Below are positions 49,294 through 57,363 of a stretch of DNA of 64,000 nucleotides, in pieces. This DNA comes from Minisyncoccia bacterium (GTDB lineage Bacteria; Patescibacteriota; Minisyncoccia; Phycocordibacterales; DATDWN01): contig JBAQUS010000015.1 in assembly GCA_049297675.1 (NCBI GenBank), positions 65,414-129,413 of the forward strand, read 5' to 3'. The translations under genes and the position numbers were made by a program. The stretch's first letter is position 1, and every line of letters starts with the position of its first letter. The notes below the pieces were generated by a model, which was not told where the DNA came from, ran no database searches, and saw only the letters and a list, made by a program, of their open reading frames with translations.

Positions 49294-49617
49294 CTATTTA
49301 ATTCCAACTATCTCCACCTTAAACCACTGTTGTCTGTGACCGTTTTTTTTGTAGTATCTAGATTTTTGTTTGTACTTTACAACCTCAACTGTTTTGTTTC
49401 TACCAACTTCTTTTAGTTTAGCTTCCACCTGCGCTTTGGCAATATATGGAGTACCAATAGTAGTGTCTTTGCCGTTGTCCACCAGGAGAACCTTATCAAA
49501 GACAATTTTGTCTCCGACTTTGAATTCCCCTTTCATTTTCTCAATCTTAACAACGTCGCCCTTAGAGACGTTGTATTGCTTTCCCCCTGTTTGTATTACA
49601 GCAAATTCCTTATTCAT
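49294..49617 (-). CDS. rplU: 50S ribosomal protein L21
   Basis: MNKEFAVIQTGGKQYNVSKGDVVKIEK matches the L21 consensus; 107 aa. It is not adjacent to rpmA. Confidence 0.9.
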   Translation of the reverse strand: MNKEFAVIQTGGKQYNVSKGDVVKIEKMKGEFKVGDKIVFDKVLLVDNGKDTTIGTPYIAKAQVEAKLKEVGRNKTVEVVKYKQKSRYYKKNGHRQQWFKVEIVGIK

Positions 49618-49697
49618 AACCCAAAGAATATATCAAAATTTCACAAAAAAGGCAATATCAAAATTTCGTTGAGCAAATGTCTTTTGAAAGACTACGC

Positions 49698-50750
49698 TTA
49701 TTCCTCCAAGTCGGGTTTATCTAGAAGGCTTGGTTCAAAATCAAGAGAAGAGCCTGTGATACGTACAATATCTTTATCTATCTTTTTAAACTCTTTACTT
49801 CCACTGTTGTAGTGACTAACAACTGTTCCTAAAGATGCTCCTAGTTTGTTATGATAATCTTCATATTTTTTCAGATGTGTGCTGATTTCTGAAACACGTT
49901 TTATTATGTCCTTGGTTGTCTCCTCTATCTGCATTGCCTTGAGCCCTTGCAAAACTGTCTGGAGGTAAGCCAGAAAAGAGGTCGGGGAGACAATTATGAC
50001 TTTGTACTTTCCTGCTGATCGTTGAATAAGATTCTCAGTATCCTCTGTTACAGCTCCTATTTTATTTATAAGTAAATCATAGTAAATGGCTTCATGAGGA
50101 ATAAACATAAAAGCAAAATCCATAGTCCCCTCCTGTGGACGAATGTATTTTGCCGTCTCTGTAATACGCAATTTCAAATCGTTTACAAAAAGTTTCTCGA
50201 GTCTATTTTTTTCCTGTGGATCATTAGTTTCTGAAATCCTGTTGTAGTTCTCCAAAGAAAACTTTGAATCAATCGGGATTATTTTGTCTTTGACGAAAAC
50301 TACAGCATCTACAATCTCTCCATTTTTAAATGTGTACTGCATTTGATACTGTCCGGGTGGAAGAACATTTTTAAGTAGCGTCTCGAGATAGTACTCACCC
50401 AGAATCCCCCTTTGCTTTGGATTTTTCAAAATGTCTTGCAAATTTTGAAGCTGGTCCGCAAAAGAAACTACCTGTCTGTTTGTTTCGTCTAGTTTAGTTA
50501 GGCCCTTTGTAACTTCACGAATAAGATTTGCTGACTCACCTAGCTGTACTCTAACAGACTCACTGACGTGCCTAGTACTCTCACCTATTTTTGAATCCAC
50601 TACCCTGTTCAGTTCATTTATCTGCTCTAGAATAAGCTTCAATCCAATATCATCTTTAATTTGTCTAGGTCGAAAAAACCACGCTATTACAAATCCTATT
50701 CCTAATGCTAGTAATATTAGAACAATACTTGTGCTATCCATCATTATCAT
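49698..50750 (-). CDS. rmuC: DNA recombination protein RmuC
   Basis: N-terminal TM plus coiled coil; DAVVFVKDKIIPIDSKF and AFMFIPHEAIYYDLL match conserved RmuC blocks. Confidence 0.7.
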   Translation of the reverse strand: MIMMDSTSIVLILLALGIGFVIAWFFRPRQIKDDIGLKLILEQINELNRVVDSKIGESTRHVSESVRVQLGESANLIREVTKGLTKLDETNRQVVSFADQLQNLQDILKNPKQRGILGEYYLETLLKNVLPPGQYQMQYTFKNGEIVDAVVFVKDKIIPIDSKFSLENYNRISETNDPQEKNRLEKLFVNDLKLRITETAKYIRPQEGTMDFAFMFIPHEAIYYDLLINKIGAVTEDTENLIQRSAGKYKVIIVSPTSFLAYLQTVLQGLKAMQIEETTKDIIKRVSEISTHLKKYEDYHNKLGASLGTVVSHYNSGSKEFKKIDKDIVRITGSSLDFEPSLLDKPDLEE

Positions 50751-50831
50751 TCTACCAAAAATTGTCTGTTTGTGGTAACATATTTTTGCATTACCTTATA
50801 ATTTTAAGAACTCTATAAACTTTTAACACTT

Positions 50832-51290
50832 ATGCAATCTCTGCAAGAACAAATCAAGGATCAAATAAAAGATGCTATGAAGGCAAAGGATTCTGTTAAG
50901 CTCTCTGTGATCAAAGGACTAGTCGCCGGTTTTACAAACGAACTTATAAACTTAAAAAGAAAACCTCAGGACGTACTTTCTGATGAGGAGGTTCTAGATG
51001 TTATTCGTAGAGCTGTAAAACAGAGAAAAGATTCCATTGAACAATTCACAAATGGAGGACGACCTGAACTTGCTGATGCAGAGAAAGCCGAACTTGAAAT
51101 TTTGGAGACTTATTTACCACAAATGATGGCAAGAGATGAGGTAATGAAGCTAGCCTTAGCAAAACACGTAGAGATGGGTTTGCTAGACAAGTCAAAAATG
51201 GGAATGTTCATGGGAGCGCTTATGAAAGACCTCAAAGGCAAGGCAGACGGTGATACTGTAAAAAGTGTTGTGGATGAAATTTTGAAATAA
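50832..51290 (+). CDS. GatB/YqeY domain-containing protein
   Basis: LQEQIKDQIKDAMKAKDSVKLSVIKGL and the C-terminal helical domain match the YqeY pattern. Confidence 0.8.
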   Translation: MQSLQEQIKDQIKDAMKAKDSVKLSVIKGLVAGFTNELINLKRKPQDVLSDEEVLDVIRRAVKQRKDSIEQFTNGGRPELADAEKAELEILETYLPQMMARDEVMKLALAKHVEMGLLDKSKMGMFMGALMKDLKGKADGDTVKSVVDEILK

Positions 51291-51336
51291 AAACTACTAT
51301 TTGTGGTAAAATTCTGGACGAAGGGAGGTGATTAAA

Positions 51337-51540
51337 ATGGAGTATGCCACAAAGCTGGCTAGACGTGTTTTGGCAAGACGTCCTGGAAATCCCATTGAGA
51401 GTGCTAGGATTCTGAACGAAGTCCTTGCTGATGAAGGTTACATAGATCCAGATTCAGAGGTTCTAGCAAACTTAAGAAGGGATATTGCTAACGCCGCCAG
51501 AGAGATCCTGCGCAAACAGCTACAGGAGAAAGCCTCATGA
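51337..51540 (+). CDS. Hypothetical small protein (67 aa), GC-rich
   Basis: SD GGGAGG 7 nt before the ATG (MEYATKLARRVLARRPGNPIESARILNEVL...). No family recognised. Followed by a terminator. Confidence 0.4.
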   Translation: MEYATKLARRVLARRPGNPIESARILNEVLADEGYIDPDSEVLANLRRDIANAAREILRKQLQEKAS

Positions 51541-51559
51541 CTTGTCGTCGCCTTTCGTG

Positions 51560-51597
51560 AGGGCTGGTGGTACCTTATGTGTACGCCAGCCCTTTTT
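51560..51597 (+). terminator. Intrinsic terminator (agggctgg...ccagccct plus TTTTT)
   Basis: 8-bp GC stem with T-run, read directly. Confidence 0.6.
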
Positions 51598-51602
51598 GCT
51601 AT

Positions 51603-51631
51603 TGACTTTAGACTTAGATAGTAGTACAATT
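51603..51631 (+). promoter_or_regulatory. Near-consensus sigma70 promoter TTGACT-17-TACAAT driving the 51650..51838 ORF
   Basis: The hexamers and 17-nt spacer were read directly. SD GGCAGGAGG precedes the ATG at 51650. Confidence 0.5.
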
Positions 51632-51649
51632 AAGGGCAGGAGGTTCTGG

Positions 51650-51838
51650 ATGCCGAGAAGCAGAAAAGCAAAGGCTGGCAGAAATGCCAAGAAACAATGG
51701 GCGCATGGTAGTACACCAAAAAAACGCCTTGTGAGCTCAAGATGGACTTTTGATGCTCGGATGGCTGCCTCCAACGACCGTCCACCATCCGATGTAGAGG
51801 CAGATGAGTGTGCTCGTCTTCTCCTAGACAGGAAGTAA
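51650..51838 (+). CDS. Hypothetical small basic protein (62 aa), GC-rich
   Basis: MPRSRKAKAGRNAKKQWAHGSTPKKRL.... Strong promoter and RBS context. No family recognised. Confidence 0.35.
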   Translation: MPRSRKAKAGRNAKKQWAHGSTPKKRLVSSRWTFDARMAASNDRPPSDVEADECARLLLDRK

Positions 51839-51877
51839 TTCTTGGCCGGCCACGCAAGTTGTGGACGGCCTTTCGTT

Positions 51878-52231
51878 TTACAAAAAATGATTGTAGAAAA
51901 CTATCACACCAATTAGTAGTGCGCCAACAGAGGAAACCAAAACAAACCCAGCCATTATGTCCTTTATCTTCCCTATTGTATGATCATGGTTGGGTTCCAC
52001 TTTTGTACACAAATCCTCCATAGCGGTATTTATGATTTCCGATAGTAAGACAATAGTTATGGCAACTAAGCAAAATAAAATTTCAATTGGACTAAAATCA
52101 AAAGCGTAAGCAAAAATAGAAACAACTAAGGCAATGAACGCCTCAATTTTAAAATTTCTCTCTTCCAAGAAAACTGTCCTTATTCCCCTATAAGCATACC
52201 CAAAAGAGTTTATAAATTTTTGAAACATCAA
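51878..52231 (-). CDS. dgkA: Diacylglycerol kinase / undecaprenol kinase (DgkA family)
   Basis: 117 aa with 3 TM helices. SEIINTAMEDLCTKV matches the conserved DgkA SE(L/I)INSAIE block. Confidence 0.8.
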   Translation of the reverse strand: MMFQKFINSFGYAYRGIRTVFLEERNFKIEAFIALVVSIFAYAFDFSPIEILFCLVAITIVLLSEIINTAMEDLCTKVEPNHDHTIGKIKDIMAGFVLVSSVGALLIGVIVFYNHFL

Positions 52232-52312
52232 GTAAATAATATAAGATTATAGTAAAATGTCCACCTAACTTTAATTTTCGCAAAATTAATGATAAAGTGA
52301 ATTCTATTCTAC

Positions 52313-52384
52313 GGCCTCATCGTCTAGCGGCTAGGACGAAGCCTTCTCAAGGCTTAAACCGGAGTTCGATTCTCCGTGAGGTCA
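52313..52384 (+). tRNA. tRNA-Glu (anticodon CUC)
   Basis: Cloverleaf folded by hand: acceptor ggcctca/tgaggtc (one G-U), D-arm gtc-tagcggctag-gac, anticodon stem aagcc/ggctt with loop ttCTCaa, T-arm cggag-ttcgatt-ctccg. Strong similarity to the canonical tRNA-Glu UCGUCUAG..GGC..UAGGAC D-region. A terminator hairpin aaatccca..tgggattttt follows. Confidence 0.8.
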
Positions 52385-52469
52385 CATGAGAGAGAAATCC
52401 CAACTACTTGGGATTTTTCGATACTTGTGACAGGCGGAGTTATATTTTTCAGCAGAAAAATAAACGAGC

Positions 52470-52496
52470 CCGGGTCGAGGAAATTTCAATTTGACG
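52470..52496. other. 11-bp-arm palindrome ggaaatttcaattt-gacg-aaattgaaatt downstream of tRNA-Glu
   Basis: Read directly. Confidence 0.35.
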
Positions 52497-52793
52497 AAAT
52501 TGAAATTATCCGTGACCACACAGACCTTGCATTTAATGTTTACGAATTGAACTATTTCTCTATTTGGATTTTATTTAATTTTAGTGCAAAATAGAACTTG
52601 GAGGCGACATGACAGATAGAGAGCTTATTCTCAGAATCGGTGAACGCTTTCTCTGCAGTGCATCAGTAAATGGCACTGGAAAAGATGAGACTCCGTTTGC
52701 TGGGTTTTTTTTGAAAAAGGGAAAAGGTGAAATCTGGGAGGAAATTCTCAGGCGAATTAGAGAAGAGGGAAGCGAGACAAAGTAGGTGCTCGT

Positions 52794-52822
52794 GTCGCCA
52801 AATGCCACACACCGCGTGTGGC
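52794..52822. other. GC-rich 12-bp-stem hairpin caaatgccacac-accgc-gtgtggcatttg without T-run
   Basis: Read directly; about 70 nt downstream of the ftsI-like gene stop. Confidence 0.4.
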
Positions 52823-52892
52823 ATTTGTGCGTCTACTGAGTCCTGGACTTATTCGCTAAGATTCGCAACATTCGTAGATTAGTGCGTTATAT

Positions 52893-54599
52893 TTATCTAT
52901 CTGGTGGAACTTCATAGTAGTTAATCAAAAACTTGACCGTTTCATGAAAAGGTATTGTTAGTGTTTCGGATCCATATCTCGCTCCTTGAGGTTTGACCAT
53001 ATATAGCAGGATAATAAATCTCGGATTATATGCTGGAAAGTAGCCAACAAACGAGTGTAATAATTCACCTTCTGCGTATCCTCCACCTCCCTTTTTTGCT
53101 ATCTGGGCAGTACCAGTTTTCACTGCTACATTATAGTTAGGAAGTTTTAGTGTTCCATTCAAAAGTACATTATCCATACTGTATATTAGGAGTCTGGTCA
53201 CAGTTTCAGCTGTGCTAGTTTTTATGACTTGTTTAGTTCTATCAATGTTAGCACTTTTTGAAAAACCGATTTTGTAATCCATTCTTTTAACTAAATGTGG
53301 ATCGACCAAGTATCCTCCATTAGCAATTGTCGCTAAGGCCTTTATTGTCGAAATAGGTGTAAGAGCAATACCCTGACCGAATGAAGCTGATGCAAAATCA
53401 ATATCTATGTTTCCTCGCAAATTGTTTACTAAATTTCTGGCTTCATTTGGAAGTTCAATATTAGTTTTATCTTGCAAACCGAATTTAAACATATATTCAG
53501 CAAATCTCCTGTTACCCAATAGTCTTTCAACATAAGCTGCCCCAACATTGAGCGACTGTGATAGTAGATCTTGAATTCCAACCGTCCCCCTTTCTTTACT
53601 ATCAAAGTTCGAGACTCTTTTTCCACTAACCAGAACATAGCCTCTATCATAATATGTCGATGAAGCCGTGATTACTCCTGCGTCAATCCCAGCTGAAACA
53701 GTCAGAGGTTTAATTATTGATCCCATTTCATAGACATTTTCAACCAATGGATTGGAAAAAATGCTTATCTCCTTTTCTAACTCTGGATGATTGAGGTTGA
53801 AAGTCGGAGAAACTTCTAGAGCATACACTTCTCCTGTGTAAGGATCCATAATTATTCCACCTGCCACTTCTGCACTCCATTTTTCCCGTGTAGATTTAAG
53901 CAAGTTTTCTAAATATGTTTGAACTGCAGGTTCTATTGTTGTGACAATATCAGCCTCACTTTTCGATGTGCTAGCTGTGACTGTTTTTATGTCCGAAAAT
54001 ATTTGTGCAAAAAAATTCACATATGCACCATCACTTCGTTTCAATTGTTCTTCAAATTGCCTCTCCAGTCCATATCTACCTGCAAATTCATCACCTTTAA
54101 AACCAAGTATCCCAACAATATGTGACGCGATAGTATTGCCTGGATAAAATCTCCATCTGTCTTTTACGGATTTTAGTCCTGGTATTTTTAAATCATCAAC
54201 TGCCTGACCAATTTCAGGAGTTTGTCTAACGGCAATTTCCTCGTACGGATCACTATCCCTTGTTGACTTAGTCATAAATGACTGAAAATCGACTGGCAAA
54301 ATTTGATTCAGCTTGTGATATACCTCCTCAGGATTTTTCAGTATTTCTGGATTAACTGTAATTGTTGATCCGGACTTTAAGGTAGCTGCTGATACTAGCG
54401 TCCCATCTTTGTTTGAAAAAAATATACTTCCGCGACTAAAAATTTTTCTTGAAGTTGAAGAGTACTGTCTGTCAGCCTTGTCAATATAAATGTCATTCTG
54501 TATTACTTGAATATAATATAGTCGAACGATTAAAAGTAGGGCAAAACAAAAAATACAGGCTGAAATTATTCTTATTCTAAATATATAACTATGAGACAT
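52893..54599 (-). CDS. ftsI: Class B penicillin-binding protein (FtsI-like transpeptidase) of the dcw cluster
   Basis: N-terminal TM anchor; GSIIKP (SxxK), SN(F) and KTGTAQIA (KTG) motifs. Located after the FtsL-like, rsmH and mraZ genes. Confidence 0.85.
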   Translation of the reverse strand: MSHSYIFRIRIISACIFCFALLLIVRLYYIQVIQNDIYIDKADRQYSSTSRKIFSRGSIFFSNKDGTLVSAATLKSGSTITVNPEILKNPEEVYHKLNQILPVDFQSFMTKSTRDSDPYEEIAVRQTPEIGQAVDDLKIPGLKSVKDRWRFYPGNTIASHIVGILGFKGDEFAGRYGLERQFEEQLKRSDGAYVNFFAQIFSDIKTVTASTSKSEADIVTTIEPAVQTYLENLLKSTREKWSAEVAGGIIMDPYTGEVYALEVSPTFNLNHPELEKEISIFSNPLVENVYEMGSIIKPLTVSAGIDAGVITASSTYYDRGYVLVSGKRVSNFDSKERGTVGIQDLLSQSLNVGAAYVERLLGNRRFAEYMFKFGLQDKTNIELPNEARNLVNNLRGNIDIDFASASFGQGIALTPISTIKALATIANGGYLVDPHLVKRMDYKIGFSKSANIDRTKQVIKTSTAETVTRLLIYSMDNVLLNGTLKLPNYNVAVKTGTAQIAKKGGGGYAEGELLHSFVGYFPAYNPRFIILLYMVKPQGARYGSETLTIPFHETVKFLINYYEVPPDR

Positions 54600-54627
54600 T
54601 TCCTGAAAATTCTAACACAAAAAAATC

Positions 54628-54939
54628 CTATCTAGGCAAAATTGCAATACTGTCTTGCGATTGTGCTGAAATATAAGTTCTCACCGCAGTTTCTCGAAAT
54701 CCGAGTGATTGAGCTAGTGACAAATCAATTGCGTTCCTCATTGAAATATACTCAAACTCCTTATTCCCTATGGAAAGTGTTAGTTGCGATGCCTCATTCT
54801 CGAGATTTTGCCTAGCAACTACATTATGGACAGTAATATTAATATAATATATATAAAAACACATTGAAATAAATAATGCTCCAACTAAAGTTAAAAATAT
54901 TATCCTTTCTTTATTAAATTGTAGTACTCGTTCAACCAT
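54628..54939 (-). CDS. FtsL-like cell-division protein (single TM plus short coiled coil)
   Basis: 103 aa, with a TM at residues ~14-36. Its position between rsmH and ftsI is the canonical ftsL position. Confidence 0.5.
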   Translation of the reverse strand: MVERVLQFNKERIIFLTLVGALFISMCFYIYYINITVHNVVARQNLENEASQLTLSIGNKEFEYISMRNAIDLSLAQSLGFRETAVRTYISAQSQDSIAILPR

Positions 54940-54942
54940 ACT

Positions 54943-54970
54943 TTAGTTATAAAGTTATAAAGTTATAAAG
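54943..54970. repeat. Short tandem repeat (gttataaa) x3.5 in the rsmH-ftsL intergenic region
   Basis: Read directly. Confidence 0.5.
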
Positions 54971-54974
54971 TTCA

Positions 54975-55868
54975 TCAAATGATTTTCTCAATAATTCTCA
55001 ATTTAGCGCTTCTAGATCGTGGATTTTCTATTATTTCATCCATCTTTGGTGTAATTGGTTTTTTTGTGATTATTTTTCCTGACTTATCTTCTGATACTTT
55101 TCTAAAATAATGCTTTACTTCCCTATCCTCTAGACTATGAAAAGAAATGACTGCCATTCTTCCGTCTGTAGAGAGTGATTCAAACCCATCAATTAGTCCA
55201 TTTTTCAAATTCTCTATCTCATCATTTACTGCAATTCTTAGAGCCTGGAATGTCTTAGTTGCAGGGTGAATTTTTCTATAGTGATACCACTTAGGAGTAG
55301 CAATTTTGATTATTTCGACAAGTTCAAGCGTAGTAACTATCGGCTTGACTTCTCTTCTGGCAGTCACGGCTTTTGCTATTTTCCACGCGAACTCTTCTTC
55401 ACCATAGTTTCTAAGTATTGTGGCTATATTTTTTTCCTCCCACGTGTTCAGAATGTCCATGGCCCTTAGATCAGTTGGACCAATTTTTTCTCTGAAATTC
55501 ATAGAGAGTGGTTCGTCTTTTTGAAAAGTGAAACCCCTACCGCTATTCTCAAACTGATCAGATGACAAACCTAAATCTAGTAGTATTTTGTCAGCCTTGG
55601 TGATTTTGAGTTTAGAAAGTATTGATTTAATGTTTTTGAAGCTGTCCTCAACGTAACTAATATTGAGTCTGTAAGGAGTTAACTGCTTTCTACTTCTTTC
55701 AAGTGCATTTGGATCAAGGTCGATCCCGATCATGACAACGGAATCGCCAAACCTTTTTGCAACTTCCAGACTGTGTCCGCCGCTACCCAAAGTACAATCA
55801 ACAAAAACGTCACCTTTTTTAATCTCCAAACCATCTATAGCCTCATGTAAAAGAACAGATTTATGCAT
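54975..55868 (-). CDS. rsmH: 16S rRNA (cytosine1402-N4)-methyltransferase RsmH (MraW)
   Basis: MHKSVLLHEAIDGLEIKKGDVFVDCTLGSGGHS matches the MraW N-terminus; 297 aa. Confidence 0.9.
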   Translation of the reverse strand: MHKSVLLHEAIDGLEIKKGDVFVDCTLGSGGHSLEVAKRFGDSVVMIGIDLDPNALERSRKQLTPYRLNISYVEDSFKNIKSILSKLKITKADKILLDLGLSSDQFENSGRGFTFQKDEPLSMNFREKIGPTDLRAMDILNTWEEKNIATILRNYGEEEFAWKIAKAVTARREVKPIVTTLELVEIIKIATPKWYHYRKIHPATKTFQALRIAVNDEIENLKNGLIDGFESLSTDGRMAVISFHSLEDREVKHYFRKVSEDKSGKIITKKPITPKMDEIIENPRSRSAKLRIIEKII

Positions 55869-55890
55869 ATCGATACTAATTTACAAATTA

Positions 55891-55965
55891 AGCGAATGAA
55901 ACGAATGAATTAAAATTTAGAATTTTGTATTTTATTCGTATAATTCGCATGTCATTCGTATATTT
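55891..55965. promoter_or_regulatory. Imperfect inverted repeat of cgaatga units (aagcgaatgaaacgaatgaatt ... attcgtataattcgcatgtcattcgtat) upstream of rsmH; the right arm plus gtgcgatacaaatat is about 85% identical to a 45-nt segment upstream of mreB (63250..63290)
   Basis: Read directly. The 16-mer gtgcgatacaaatat and the 11-mer gcgaatgaaac are shared exactly between the two loci. Confidence 0.4.
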
Positions 55966-55973
55966 GTATCGCA

Positions 55974-56408
55974 CTATAGCACTCCGACTTGTCCCAATTT
56001 TTCTGCCAATGTGTCCGCTTGTTTTTCAACCACTTTTTTGTAATCTAACCAAGTCTTCTCGTTCCATATCTCGACTCGAGATGAAACACCAATGACCACC
56101 ACCTTGTTTTTGAGGTTGGCACTATCCCGTAGAAAATCTGGGATGAGTATCCTTCCGATGGAATCAATCTCTGCTTCTGTTGCTCCAGCAAACATGAAAC
56201 GATTGAAGCTTCTGTTGTCTGCTTGAAGAAGTGAGGACTGATTTAGTCTCTCTGAAATTTTTCCCCACTCTTTTTGTGTGAAAACAAAGAGACATGCATC
56301 TAACCCAGGAGTAACCACAACTTTCTTGCCTAATTCCGCGCGAAATTTTGCCGGAAGAGACAGGCGATTCTTTTCGTCGATTGAGTGTGTGTATTCTCCA
56401 ATTAACAT
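55974..56408 (-). CDS. mraZ: Transcriptional regulator MraZ
   Basis: MLIGEYTHSIDEKNRLSLPAKFR matches the MraZ N-terminus with tandem SpoVT/AbrB-like halves; 144 aa. Confidence 0.9.
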   Translation of the reverse strand: MLIGEYTHSIDEKNRLSLPAKFRAELGKKVVVTPGLDACLFVFTQKEWGKISERLNQSSLLQADNRSFNRFMFAGATEAEIDSIGRILIPDFLRDSANLKNKVVVIGVSSRVEIWNEKTWLDYKKVVEKQADTLAEKLGQVGVL

Positions 56409-56479
56409 AAACGATGTATTTAGATTTCTAATCTAAATCTTTTTTTATTAAGTGTAACCCCGAAATCGTGAAATATTTT

Positions 56480-56530
56480 AATCCCACAATTTCCCACTTA
56501 CACAGTATTATATACCACTCTTTCCCACTA
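56480..56530 (-). promoter_or_regulatory. Array of GTGGGA/GTGG direct repeats with ~10-bp phasing flanking a TATATAAT -10-like element upstream of mraZ; probable MraZ autoregulatory boxes
   Basis: The minus-strand reading is GTGGGAaagaGTGGtatataatactgtgtaaGTGGGAaattGTGGGAtt. Confidence 0.5.
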
Positions 56531-56576
56531 GCAAACACAATTTAACACAAAAAGGTGGATAAGTAGTGGAAAACGA

Positions 56577-56610
56577 AATAACCGCCTGGAGACCAGAGCG
56601 GTTATTTTTT
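56577..56610. terminator. Hairpin ataaccgc-ctggagaccagag-gcggttat plus T6 between mraZ upstream region and the 56602..57297 gene
   Basis: Read directly; it overlaps the stop of the upstream gene. Confidence 0.5.
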
Positions 56611-57297
56611 GACCCTCAAACTGAAACCTCGCCTCTTCATCCTATTTTTGAAAGAGGCTATGTCAGTTTTAGGTAAAACTGCCACAAGCGGAAACCGGAG
56701 CTTGTAGCTGTTGAAAAGATCGGGTTGAATCTCGACTTTGACGTTACCTTCGAGTCTCCCATACTTGTTTGGGTTGAGTCCACAAGCGTATAGGACCTTT
56801 GCAAACCCTCCATTGGCAAGAGCGTGGACTTCCGCGCATTTGACGTCGACGGTTTTCATCCCTCGATGACCGATGATGCTCTTGGTTGAATGTTTCCTCG
56901 TCTTCACCCAAGCTGAGACGACTGACAGATCAACCACTACCGCCCAGAGAATTGCCCTGGATAAGTAAAGATTAATCGAATCTCGATCAACGCTGGTTGA
57001 GAATTCAGTCCTGCGTCTTCCAGCTTCGTGTATATAGCCATTGCGATAGGCCACCAAAACATACCTTGAGCGATCAAAAGGGAAGGAACTTATGACTTGG
57101 TAGTGCTTTATCTGGTCAACCGATAGCCGAAAACCATAGGACGAATTCTGGCCTGAGGCTTTGACTTCGATTGTTGTCCGATTTCTCCAGAGCACAATAT
57201 CCCCATCATCATCTCTGGTAATATCACCCCCAATCACGGCATGGATGATTTGCTCAACAAAGTTCCCGACGAAAGTACATTTCTCACCCCTGTTCAA
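56602..57297 (-). CDS. Hypothetical PD-(D/E)XK nuclease-fold protein (231 aa), GC-rich (about 50%), inserted between lysS and mraZ
   Basis: The N-terminal GGDITRDDDGDIVLWRNRTTIEVKAS fits a D...(D/E)xK restriction-endonuclease-like catalytic core. The composition is clearly atypical for the locus. Confidence 0.45.
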   Translation of the reverse strand: MNRGEKCTFVGNFVEQIIHAVIGGDITRDDDGDIVLWRNRTTIEVKASGQNSSYGFRLSVDQIKHYQVISSFPFDRSRYVLVAYRNGYIHEAGRRRTEFSTSVDRDSINLYLSRAILWAVVVDLSVVSAWVKTRKHSTKSIIGHRGMKTVDVKCAEVHALANGGFAKVLYACGLNPNKYGRLEGNVKVEIQPDLFNSYKLRFPLVAVLPKTDIASFKNRMKRRGFSLRVKK

Positions 57298-57363
57298 GAT
57301 TCACCTCCGAGTAAATAATACCAGTCTATCAATATTTCAGCTAATCTTTTGTGAATAAGCTCC

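Noticed and set aside
52376-52594. 72-aa ORF overlapping the 3' end of tRNA-Glu
   Set aside because: It starts inside the tRNA, has no RBS and spans the terminator hairpin; almost certainly spurious.
55891-55965. CRISPR-like array from the cgaatga repeats
   Set aside because: The repeats are only 7-11 nt, partly inverted, without regular spacers and without cas genes. They are interpreted as an operator-like element instead.
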